This document shows positions 51,710 to 64,000 of a stretch of DNA of 64,000 nt, in pieces. The stretch covers positions 1 through 64,000 of the forward strand of contig CT868330.1 in NCBI GenBank assembly GCA_000165425.1, given 5' to 3'. This stretch comes from Paramecium tetraurelia. Lineage: Eukaryota. The notes beneath the pieces are model-generated. The model was given only the letters and a program-made list of their open reading frames with translations, was not told the DNA's origin and searched no databases. The position numbers and the translations under genes are program-made. Each line of letters starts with the position of its first letter. Within the stretch, counting starts at the first letter, position 1.

Positions 51710-54700
51710 TCATATAAACCCATATCCTCCTCCCCCAGGAGTATATATCCAAATCTCATCATCTGGTAGAACATCTAAATTAACCTTTCCACTAAGTAGA
51801 AATGATTATCCTTGAGTTTTGTACAGATTGATTCCTTTCTGTCCATTTTGTCCTCCCTTTAAACCAAAAGGTGGAAAGACCCTTCTCTCTGTTAATAAAG
51901 AGACATTCAACTTAGTTAAGAACAAGAATGATCTGACAATTCCATCACCACCACAATATTTTCCTTTGCCATGACTATTTGGTCGAAGAGTGAATGATAA
52001 AATTCGTACTGGATGTTTTCTTTCGATAATCTCTACATCAGTTATTCTAGTATTAGTCATGTGAACTTGGACTCCAGATTCTCCATTGAATCCATCTCCT
52101 GCTCCACTACCTCCACCAATGGTCTCATAATATGATCTTTGATTAAACCCTCCAAATGAAAAATTATTCATGCAGCCTTGAGATGCTGCAGTAGCTTAAA
52201 AGCACTTTAAAATGAGATCAGTTATTCTTTGACTAGTCAAGACATTTCCTCCAACGATTGCACATAGGTGATTAGGACTTAGCAGTGAATTCTTAGGAAT
52301 GATTATTTGTGTAGGATTCAAACAGCCTTAATTTAATGGAATATCCATATCAACTAAGCATCTTAAACAGTAAATAATAGCACTTTTGGTAACTGAAACT
52401 GGACAATTTGTATTACCCAAGACTTATTGAGAAGTACCAGTAAAATCGAAAATGACTGATCTATCTTGTCTATTAATGGTAAGCTTTAAGTTAATTTTGG
52501 ATCCATCATCCATGTATTCATCAGACTCAATTGTATCAATTTCCTTTAAATTATTCTTTATGGAAATATCATACAACATCTGCCTAACACAATTTTCTCC
52601 ATTTTCTTATATTCTTTTCATATTCTGATCCACCTTCTCATATCCTTCTTAAGTTATCAATTACTCTATCAACTATATTCCCTTGTTATTAGCAGCAATC
52701 TAAGCCTTTAGATCTTAAACATTATCCTGTTTTTCTCTGCTCTCCTACAACAATTCAATAAGTTTATCTTCCTGGAATAGTCCATTTTCTACTATTTTGA
52801 ATGATCTCACTGCAATTCCTTCATCCTTTAAGTATTTACTAAATGCTGGCATACTCCCAGGACTTATTCCTCCAATATCTGCATGATGTCCTCTTGAAGC
52901 TACATAGAACAGTTTTTAGTGATCTTTGAAATAAGGAGTTATGATGGTGATATCTGGAAGATGAGATCCACCCATTTCCGGATGATTGCTCATTATGATA
53001 TCCCCTTCATTAAAATTGTTGATTTAGCACTTTACTGCATCACTCATGCTTCCTAAATGAACAGGAAGATGAGGAGCATTTGCCACTAAATTGCCATCTT
53101 TGTCAAATATTGCACACGAGAAATCTAATCTCTCTTTGATATTGATACTCACAGCAGTATTCTATAATTATAGTCCCATCTCTTCAGCTATTGACATAAA
53201 CTTATTAGCAAATATACTTAATTCTAAACTGCTATTAGTATATTTTGATTGGCTGATAGTTTATTAATCAGTGATCTTTCGAATCACAATATTCTCATTT
53301 TTAGTTAATTCTGCCGACCACCCACTATTAATTTTAATTGTAGTATTGCCAGTGTGAATCAAAAGGGGTCCTTTATATTAGATTTGTTTCTGCAATTAAT
53401 TGATATTCATATTATTACCATTTGTAACCTTTACGATTTCAAGTAATTCATCATTCTCTTCTTTCTATTGACCATATTTCGTAGTGACAGATACATACTC
53501 GATTAGAATTTCTCTGTTTTACTTAAATCCAAAAAGTTCATGATGTTATATCTCAAATTATTATTTGATCACATTCACATCTGAACTATATTCTATCTTC
53601 AACAGGAAATCACTTCCTTCATATTTGAGATGTAACTCTATTAGTTATTCAATGTCCTATTATTACTAAGATTGAAATGTGTTGATCACCTTAGTGATGG
53701 AATCGAAATTGGTTAACTTATCGATAAGTGGGATTTTTTAATACTTTTACTATCTGGCTAAACTCAATCCATAAGCTGAGAATATACTAGCATATTTGTG
53801 AATGAAGATTGAATCAATCATTAGAGATTCTGCGATTGAACAACAATGCTATCCTCCTGCTCCTCCATAAATCACCAATAAATGATCTTAACTTAATTGT
53901 CCTCTTCCATTTGTTATCTATCTTATAGGTCTGCACATCTGTTCATCAGCTACTTTAATAAAACTCTCAGCGATTTCAATTGGACTCATTCTCAATTCTT
54001 AACTCATTGCCTCAAATTACTCCTTAACTTTCTCATAATTCAATCCTGAGTTATTGTCAAATCCGAATATTTTGGGTAGATGATCCACATCAATATTCCC
54101 TAAATATAAATTCGCATCAGTCAAACTTAACAGTCCATTCCTGTCATAACAAATTGGACCAGGATATGAACCACTGCTTGTCGGACCCACTTTAAACATT
54201 CCATTCTCAAACTTTAACAAGCTTCCCCCTCCAGCTGCCACTGTCTTAATGTCAAAGCATGGAGTGTTTACTATGATTCCATCAACAATGCTTTCCTCCT
54301 TGATATTTTACCTATCATAATACACACAAACATCTGTTGATGTTCCTCCCATATCCAATCCAACCACTCCCTTCTTATTCAACTGTTTAAAAATCTTAGT
54401 TGATTGCATCAATGCCACCACTCCGCCAGCTGGACCACTCAATACAGCCTTACTACCTATGAATTCCTATGCTTCTGTCAATCCTCCATCAGACTACATG
54501 AATAATATCTAGGGATTCTGATTTGTTAACAACGATCTGATCTCTTATTCTAATTCTTAGATGTACAACTATATCAAAGGATTCACGTAAGAATTTAAAA
54601 CTGTTGTTTAACCTCGAGGAACCACTTTAATCACTTTACTCACCTCACTCGAGATTGAAATTGAACAAAAGCCTACTTCCTTTGCTAAGCCTTTTATTTG

Positions 54701-55207
54701 CTACTCATGCACATCGTTGATGACAGAGTGTAATAGCACAACTGCAATTGAACTTATCTTTTATTGCTTCAACTTTAGTAAATCCATTCTAACTTATTCT
54801 AAATCTAGTGATTGCACAATCTCCCCTTCATAAGTTATTCTTTCTTTTATCTCAATCACTTCCTTGTAAAGCACTGATGGCTTCTTCATTGTCAAATCAA
54901 ATATTTTAGGTCGGGTTTATTGACCTATCTGGAGCAAATCTCTGAATCCCTCAGTTATAAGCAGTGCACAATCATGACCCTATTTTTCCAATATCGCATT
55001 CGTTATTATTGTTGTACCTATTACAATTTGATTGACCTGAACATTCGAACCATCACGAGAATATTTCTCGTATATTTCTTTTATTCCCTAAAACACTCCA
55101 TCTTTATAATACGACTGACTTAATAACTTGTGAACTTTTGATTCTCCATTGAATTGATAAAATACATCAGTAAATGTTCCACCTCTGTCAATATAAAAAT
55201 TCAACAT
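51710..55207 (-). CDS. OPLAH: ATP-dependent 5-oxoprolinase (hydantoinase A+B fusion)
   Basis: [90 protein letters not shown]. Span is 3498 nt = 1166 codons, apparently intronless. Confidence 0.95.
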
Positions 55208-55253
55208 TTTATGATAAACTTTATATTTTATATATTATGATAATAATATTTCA

Positions 55254-56035
55254 TTCATATTGTATACATTTGATTATATTGAATTATACAAGTGGGCCAT
55301 TTTGAACTCTAAAAGATATATGGAAATATGCATAGAAGGGAAATGCCATCTTTAAATGATAAATTATAGTCTTATTGTTATTTTGTAATAACTTATGATA
55401 TTATACTAGAATTAATAAGAGATTATAAAATGTTATAGACTGATGGTATAATGGTGAGTAAATTCTCCAATAGTAATAACGAATTATCTAATAACAATAT
55501 CATTTGTAATTTCAAAACTAACTAACTAGAATTGATTTGTGAGATACTATAGTAAAATTTAATCTTTCCTTTAAGTTCTCTTAATACAATATTTTTAAGT
55601 CTAATATATTATAGAAGATAAATAAGAAATATCAAACTACTTCTTCGATTTTATGATCATCTACTATTCTGTAAAAAGGATATTTCACTGTTGGATTAAG
55701 CATCGCTTGTGCTCATCTTTTTATTTATTCTTCATATTGCTTGATTTTCCATTAAAGGTTATTATTGATTATGTATATGATCTCGTGATACTCTGGTTGA
55801 TTTGATAAGAGTGAGCTATCGGAGTCCTTTAATAATTTCAGAAGCATATTAATTAATTTTGCCACCGCTCCAATTTTTACTTTAATTTAAGGATCGTTAC
55901 TCAAAATAGGTTGTGTTGTTTTGATAAAAGACTTAAATTAATGAATTTTTACATACCATCAAATCATTGCATTTGCCAAATATATCATAATCCAACACTT
56001 ACAAGGATTTAATTCATTTATTTCTTAATTTGACA
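55254..56035 (-). CDS. Hypothetical protein or decayed gene
   Basis: Protein-like minus-strand stretches. Exon structure is unresolved. Confidence 0.3.
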
Positions 56036-56068
56036 TTTACAATATTTATTTTTCAATATAATTAATAA

Positions 56069-56731
56069 TCAAAGCATAATTTCAAATTCATCAATTTAAT
56101 CTAAATTTTATTTATTCGGAGCATCTATTTAAATTACTAGATTTCCCTCGTGAAACTCATTATGTTATAAATTATGTCTCTATTACTATAAATTGCTTTT
56201 CCTTTTAGGATTGCCATCTATTTTCATAATCTTTTAACTTTAAAAACCCTGTACACTTTCATCAGATTACTCCTTGACCTCCTCATCCTTATCCCCCTCC
56301 TCCTGCTGATGACTATCCTCCAAATCGATTATCTTATTGAATTTGCTCTTCTATCTCCTCCTTTCCATACAGATCATCGATTCCACATTAATGAAGGGAG
56401 AGAAGTCCAGATTCTACCCTTTTAATCTTAAGATTTAGGACTGATTCCAAACCTTCCAAAATTCGCAAGTATACAACTAAGCCTCTTTGACATTGTTCAA
56501 AATAACTACACTCTCTACATTCTTACGAAACGCATTGTTCGTCCAATTTGCAGAGCCGGTCATAATAATTTGGTCGTCTATCACACAATATTTTTAATGC
56601 ATCAAACAAAGTTCCTTCTCGTATACTGCAATTTTTATCTTCTCTAAGGAACTCTAAATCATCATCAAAAGTATGGACTTTGCTTTTTTATCATAATTAC
56701 TGGAATTAGTTACAATTTAAATATCTCCCAT
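56069..56731 (-). CDS. Single-HKD phospholipase D-family nuclease, PLD6/Zucchini/MitoPLD-like, with acidic C-terminal tail
   Basis: LMHQKYCVIDDQIIMTGSANWTNNAFRKNVESVVIL...YTCEFWKVW = HxKxxxxD..GSxN..N.E. TGA at 56069-56071. The frame stays open upstream of ATG 56731, so the true start is uncertain. Confidence 0.85.
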
Positions 56732-57542
56732 TTTTTATTATTTTAAAAATAGTATTTGATTTTTAATTTAAATGTTCATTATTGATTCAAAAAAGGTCTA
56801 ATATTTATTAATATAAATCTAAAGTGCAAGAAGTGTGGATTTGAATTGTACACAAAAAAAAAGCTTAGGATTCATTAATTATAGCTTCATACAATAATTA
56901 ATCATAAGATAGCAATTTTAATTTATAGGATTTTTAATTTTATAACACTTTTATTGAATTTAAATAATTTTACGATTAAAAAGCTGCTATATTAGAATAC
57001 CCAAGTAAAAATTTGATAACCACATAAACTTTTGCAAATCAAGAATTGACAAATTCTTATTAGTGAAACAGAAAATCAATTAGGTTATTTATAATATTAT
57101 TTATTTATTGAAATGTGAGTATTAACCCTCTCTCTCTCTTTAACTAGGTAGTCTTAAATTAGGTAAAATGGTAGCAAATCAAATCTGGATTTGATACTTT
57201 GATTTTAAATAGGATGGATGTGAGTATAAATGATTATTAAATTTATTATTAGATTTTTCATTTTATAACATAGTAAATCCGTGAAATTTGGTGATTGAGT
57301 TGAGGCTGTCACGAGCAAACCAATTGGTTATTCGATTTATATAATTATCATATATTATGATTGTTTGTTCCATCATGTAAGGGAAGGGGCATGGGAGATC
57401 CATTTGAAAATGGATGTGTGGAGTTGAGCATGAACAAAAGGAGAGGCGTAATAAATGTAAGAGAGATATCTTAATGTATTTAAAACAACGATAAAATGAT
57501 GGTATCCTATTGTGTATTCATAAATATTAATTTAAATAAAAT

Positions 57543-60500
57543 ATGGACACAAAGAAAACCAAAAAGAAACCTGAATTAAGTGAGCAGTTGTTCGTTGGGA
57601 ATTACGTGGATGTTTACCATCAAGGGAGCAAACAATTTAAGTTGGCATACATTTTGTAGAAAACTGATAAGGAAATTGAAGTCACATATGATGGATTACA
57701 GAAAAAAGAAAATGAGGTATGTTTGTGTGTTTACATGTTGCTTAGATAATTAAATTATCGTAAAATCGAATATAATTTGCGAGGAGATCTACTTAAAGTA
57801 AGGAATCATTTAAAATAAAGATTATACGGGTGATGACTATAGACAATAAAAAACATCTCGTGATTATTTAAAATACTCGCGCGAAGACTGCGAGAAATAC
57901 ACAAAGGAATTAATAACAATAATGTAGACTAATTTTCAGGGACTAACCCCAATTGAAATCATTTAGTGTGTGCGAGTTAGATAGTTCATATATTTGGACA
58001 TGGTGCTTTCAAGCGAGTTGTAGGCAAAGGAGATTCCGTTCGCATTGGAATACATAAAGACCTATTATAATTTTATCAAATGGTACTTTGATCAATTTCC
58101 CAAATACTTTGCAGACGTAAAATCAATCTTTGAAAATAGTACATGAAATACCTGAACAATATCGAACTCTATATAATAGATGAGCGAGTCGCTATAGCAA
58201 GTTGCCTCTAAGAGGTGTGTGAAACATTCTGCATGTTGTTTGGTTCGATATGGAGACTACTAAAGTAAGAGAACTCCTTTTTTTATGTATGTCTTTTTTG
58301 TAATACATTAGTTAAATTATGAAATTTTGCAGCAATAACTAGATAAGACCTTCACGACCCCAGTTTACCAAGGCTTCGTAAATAACCCGAATATAGAGGA
58401 TTGGAGACTCTATCAGGGTGCCACTGATGTCATTAAATGCATCAAAAAAACATGGTAATATTATTTAAGGACCATGTCTTACTTTCGGTCTATTGGTGGT
58501 CTTCAGAGTTGGGAGAACTTGTTGAAACCCTGTGAAGGAGGGGAGTACAACTATATCCCTCTCAAAGCCATGACAAAAATCGTGTTAACATAACAATACA
58601 TGTCTCAATACTTCCCATTGCAAGAGCAAGGCAACATGGCTAGGAAGACTTTAGAGTGGTTTTAGTTCAGAGTGGCCAATTTGACAGTCTAAGACATAAA
58701 GGATACTGATATTGACTTAATAAGAGAAAATGCATTGGAGATGCAATATTATTTCTTGAAAGGATATTCATAGGAGCAACTAAACAAATTGGTGGATGAA
58801 ATTCAATTGTAAATGGCATTGAAATTTCTGAAATCCAATTTCCTTGAGAAACGAGTCAAGGGTTTAAGTGAGATTAAGGATTTCACTGAAAAGCTCAAGT
58901 TTGAAACAAGTAGTCAAATAAAATTGAAGACTTCAATCAATAAGGAGGAACTCATAAAATGGATAGTTTATAATAGGATCCTGGATTTTACAGTCCTGGG
59001 TGATTCGGTACATCCAGAACTGATAAAGAGAGCCAGTGATGTAGCCTTTTTCCTCTGTAAAAATCAGGCATTCCAGCCAGACTATGTGGATAAAATCTGG
59101 CTCAACAATTACGACAAACATGAGACAACCCAATTGGCATTATACGAATTTTTCAAAGCAATCTCGCCAGTTCTGTCATTCCAAGGGATCGAAAAGCTTT
59201 ACAATCACATTTTAGCTATCCCTTATAACAAGTATAATGAGAACATTGTGAGCATGATCAGAACATTCACAGAAGCAGCCTTATCTTAGAAATTCCATGA
59301 ACAATAGTTACAATTAAAACCAGACAAGAGATTCATGACATTTAACTAGTTGTGGGACTTGTTTCAAGACAGAGAGGACTCCTTAGTCAGTAGTCATATC
59401 CAAGAGCAATGCTTTTAGGCTGCTCGTATGATCATCTCACAAATCCCATAGACGAAATAATTCATCTCTTAATATTTTGGAAGATGTTTTGAATTGATTG
59501 GAAGTCACAAATCAGTCTATTAGGCTATAAGTTTTGTTCATTACTTCCTCGATAAGCAATTTAAGGATGACAAGGGCAAAAAGGAGTTGATTCAATCGAC
59601 AGATGAAAAGTACAACATCATAGAGTTGTTTGTCAAAGACATCGAAGTCTATATGGAGAAAGTGAGATAATATTTCAAGAACGATGTCACTTAAGATATC
59701 ATCATTAATGGTGTTTAGAAGTTCAGCCAAAATGTATTTTTCAGATTGCAGATGTTGAATTACTTGCTGCAACAAACTGAACTCAAAATCAATTATGATC
59801 AGAGTGTCAGATTGTGGGATGCTTTGGCTGCTAAAACTAAGGGAGGTATTTAGAAGAAGGAATTAAACAAAATCCTTATCAATAATTATTATCCAGATGT
59901 GTCTTCACTCAGAATTAATTAAACATACTTTGATAAGGATGGAGAATAAAAGTTTTTCACCTAAATCCTATGCAATTCTGAAAGGAATGATTATGAAAAG
60001 TAAAAGTGTTTTATCAATAATTTAGTTATACAATCGAAGATTTCGAATTATTTTAAGTGTTTTTCAAATCCTTCAATCAAACTAGGCAACTGTTGAAGTA
60101 TTATGGAAATTCCATGCGCTTCATTGTGAATGATCATAATTTTGAAGGCAAGAATGCCATTTGGCAAATCTTTGCTAAGGTTAAGGACCTTGCTCTGCTT
60201 GAACTAATTGCCAATTTCATACTCAATCTCTATACTTAACTCAGTCAACCATTAGACACTAAATGCGACAAAATATATCAGGAATTGATGGACAAGTGTT
60301 TGGAATTGATCTAACAATAGTGTCCTAGTTTAACCACAAGATCCATCAATCTATTACTATCTCTATTCAATCACTTCTAAAGTGGTCCTCCTTCCAAGAA
60401 ATCCCCAAAACCAACCAATTATACATCATTTAAGGTGTAAATCTATAACACAAACAATTAAACATCTATTAAAGAATTTAAAGAAGGAGATACAACAACA

Positions 60501-63500
60501 GTGAATTAGTGGAAATAAAAGTTAGCTGAGGATTTAAAAGTAGCTTATTCGCAATTAGATATAACTGTCGATAATAAGCTAATTGAATAATAATATGATT
60601 TTGTGGAAACTTATGTCAATCAAGTATTCTACTAAATGGCTACAGTGAGGGTGAGAATCAATAACAAAAATCACCCCAAAAATTATCTTTCTCAAGACCA
60701 ACGCACTTTTGAAATTCTGTTCAAATTACTTGATAAACAAGAGAGTACTGAATTCTTGAGTTAGGTTTGGGATTTGATTAATAGATTGCCTACTAATATT
60801 TAAATTAAAAAGTAAGTAGAAAATTGTAAGGATTGGAAAAAGTACTTAGATCACTCATTCTTTGATATGTTTTATGTATTATAAATCATATAAGCATTAT
60901 TAGTGAATGGATAATGGTGTGAATAATTTAATAATTTCGATGGAGTGGATTTGGTAACATAAAAATTCTTAGGTTAAAATTTGCAATTCTAACAGAGACC
61001 ACTTGAGATTAAATCTTGCTTCACATATCTAGAAATTCTCAGTCATCAGAATATTAAGATAAGGGAACCTCAGATAATTCAGTAAATCAAGCAGAAAATC
61101 ATAGAAATTATTCAAGAACTCTCTCATTATGTAAAAAGCAAGAAAAAACTAGAACAAGGCTAAAAGAAAACTCCATAATAAAAGGAAATGAATGAAATTG
61201 AGACTCGTCTTCTCAGGAGATGCTTCAATTATCTAGAAGAACCTGGTTGTAAATAATACATCAGATAAAATCACGAATTAAAACAACAACTCTATAATTA
61301 CTTTGTGGAACATGAAAATTAGGAACTCAAAAAAGAATACAGCAATCAATTGCTATATTTGAAGAACACTTAAGAGAGCAAATTGTTGATTAAAATCATG
61401 CTTGATGAGGTATTGAAGGATGTGATTTCAAATAATAAATAAAAATGCGAACACATTTTTGAGTTTTTTTGTAACCTACTACTCTAAGAAGACGACTTGA
61501 ACATTGAGAAATTTGATTTCGAACATTTGTTATCGTACATCAAATAATAACTATAATAGTTGCCAAACAATGAAATCACTGTTAAAGATTAGGATTAAAT
61601 TTTGATCGGGTTACTCAAACTCTTAAATGTCATTATTGATAAACTGCCTCAGCTATCATTAAATAACTAATTATTTGAGTAGATTTTGAGTTATTTATTT
61701 GAAAATGAGGGAGAAACCAAATGCAAGTGCAAGTCTCAGTAATCTAGAACTGCTGGATTCAATTGCTTGTCTACTCTCTTGAAAAACTAATAAAATATGA
61801 ATAAGTTTTTGAATATTGTGTCTCCTTTACACTCAACAAACACTTGGAGAACCAAACACTTAAATGATTGGAATATCTAAAGTAAATTCCATGAGAAATC
61901 ATCGACCGGATATGTTGGTTTATACAATTTAGCATGCATTTGTTATATGAATTCTCTACTCCAACAATTATATATGGTTCCTGCTTTCAGAGAAAAGTTA
62001 TTGAAGGTAGAGGACAAGAACACTTGTGTTTAGGAAGAGAATCTGCTTCATTAATTGAAATGTCTGTTCTTGGCATTGAAGAATTCACAAAAATAATATC
62101 ATAACCCAAAGAAGTTCTGTCATGCTTTCAAGGATTTGGATGGGAATCCAACAAATATTTTTGAACAAATGGATGTGGATGAATTTTGTAATTTACTTAT
62201 GGATAGAATTGAATTGAATGTTAAGTCAACCTCAGATGAAGATCTAGTTAAACGCTTCTTTGGTGGTGTCATGTCCAATGAAATAATAGGTAAGACATGT
62301 CCTCATTATTCCGAAAGAGAAGAACCCTTCTTTGCGATATCTCTTCCTGTTGCAAATAAAAAGAATCTAGAGGAGTGTCTACAAACATTGGTACATGGGG
62401 ATTTGCTTGAAGGAGATAATGCCTACAATTGTGAGCAATGTAATAAAAAAGTCAGTGCTTTGAAGAGAATGTGCATTAAGAAATTGCCAGATCATCTCAT
62501 TCTTGTATTGAAACGATTCAATTTTGATTTCGATTTGATGGCAAAAGCAAAAATCAACGATAGAATTGAATTCCCATTTGAATTGGATATGCAACCTTAC
62601 TCTTAATAGGGATTAAGGCAATAGGAGAATAGATCTAATAATTCGAATGGACAGGACAACCCTTAAGAGTATTATTAATATAGATTAACAGGGGTTGTTA
62701 TTCATATGGGTTCAGCAGATAGTGGGCATTATTATTCATTTATTCAGGATAAGAATGATTTAAATAAATGGTATGAATTCAACGATATTCTTGTGTCTCC
62801 TGCTGACATAAAGGATCTTAAGAACGATGCATTCGGTGGGGCAGATAAGTTCTTGAAGAATAAATATCCTCCTCAAATGAAAGACAAATCTAAAAGTGCC
62901 TACATGTTGTTTTATGAGAGAATTAACCCAATAAACGTCGCTGATTAATCATAAAAAATCGATGTTGAAATGGATTAGAAAACAATGCACTTTTTGGATG
63001 AAATCAAGGATGAAAACAGGAAATTCTAAATTCAACGCTTTATTTTTAGTCCAGAATACTTTACTTTTATGTAGAATTTGATTAAGTTCTAATTATAGCA
63101 ATAATAAGTCTAAGATCAAATCGTAAAAACACTAGTTTTCTTTTATTTGACATGTGCTGTTAGAGAGAATGATAAAACATTTGTCTCAAATAACATTGTA
63201 GATATGTAGGATTTATTAAGAAAATCACCTAAAACTTGTTAATGGCTATTAAAATGCTTCAATTAGCCATAATACATAAGAGAATTTTAATTTGATTGTT
63301 CAAAGAAGATGGTTAGGAAATTTGTGATTTCAATGATAATCACAGCCATAGATACTATTTAATAACATGAAGGCTACAAGGATCTATTTGAGATGGTTGA
63401 TGATAAGCCAAAATCATTAGTGGCTTCCTTGATAAATGCTTGGATCTTAATGATTCCAGAATTGAAAAAAAGTCTAAAGAATTCTGTTGAATTTTACGAT

Positions 63501-64000
63501 CTTTTCTATAAATTTGCAAAACTGCATTAATCTAATGCGCAATACTTAATTTCAAAGAGATTGGTGGGCAAATTGTTGGATTTGTCAATTGAAGTGCTAT
63601 TTGTGAACCCAAATAAAAATTTGATTCCTCAAAGAGAAGTTGTAAGAAGAATGGATGATATTAAAGTCATGAAATTCAACGATGATCCCAGCAACTATTT
63701 AGGATAGTAAAACTATTAGAATGTAGATGTTGCTTCAAGTTATTATGATGAGTTATTGGAAAAGAAATTTGAAAAGTCAATGAATTCTGGTCCTTCAACA
63801 AGTAGAGTGTATTTGTGGAGAGTGATAGCCTATTTAATAAAAGGAGAGTACAAGTAATTGCTATCTCCAGAGGAGTAGAGTCTACTTCAATTTGACATTC
63901 AATTTATCTCAATCCTTTTGGAAGAAGGAGATTGCAAATTGGCAATCAGAATGATTTCAGATATTCTGTGCACTTTTTCAACGGATAATTAAAAACAAAG
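57543..64000 (+). CDS. Large ubiquitin-specific protease (USP9/24/34-like), 3' end outside window
   Basis: Helical N-terminus (FLEKRVKGLSEI, VHPELIKR), Cys box GYVGLYNLACICYMNSLLQQL (~61908-61970), EQMDVDEF, LKRFNFD, His box GVVIHMGSADSGHYYSFI, WYEFND, SAYMLFYER. Confidence 0.95.

Noticed and set aside
1596..62594. Many short ORFs in the supplied track (e.g. 1596-1829 -, 32085-32342 +, 39135-39359 +, 40564-40957 +, 58933-59133 -, 62379-62594 -)
   Set aside because: They are antisense or off-frame shadows of genes that are evident under the ciliate code.
1..64000. tRNA/rRNA genes, telomeric C4A2/C3A3 repeats, transposase or reverse transcriptase ORFs
   Set aside because: None was recognisable by eye. 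GTTCGA hits lack cloverleaf context. A tRNAscan/Infernal run would be needed to exclude small RNAs.

Overview
This is AT-rich, gene-dense eukaryotic DNA that reads as a ciliate macronuclear chromosome segment, most likely Paramecium (inference). TAA and TAG behave as Gln inside conserved motifs, TGA is the only stop, and introns are tiny GT..AG units of about 20-31 nt. The supplied standard-code ORF track is therefore fragmentary, and I re-translated by eye with the ciliate code (table 6). The first ~15.4 kb is an accessory-looking zone. It holds a giant NACHT/STAND NTPase + pentapeptide + WD40 gene, a decayed AIG1/GIMAP-like GTPase with a Cys-containing repeat, a WD40 remnant and degenerate DNA. 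The rest holds tightly packed genes: TBC Rab-GAP, SAS-6-like, RING, PP6-like phosphatase, EF-hand dynein light chain, Mic1/RMC1, MORN, B-box, SF-assemblin-like, Hrd1-like E3, RS-rich protein, HNH endonuclease, ATP6AP2-like, UTP18, OSCA/TMEM63-like, TRAPPC9, 5-oxoprolinase, a Zucchini/PLD6-like nuclease and a large USP deubiquitinase running off the right end. I found no tRNA, rRNA, CRISPR, telomere or transposase signal. Family calls come from motif recognition from memory, not database searches.
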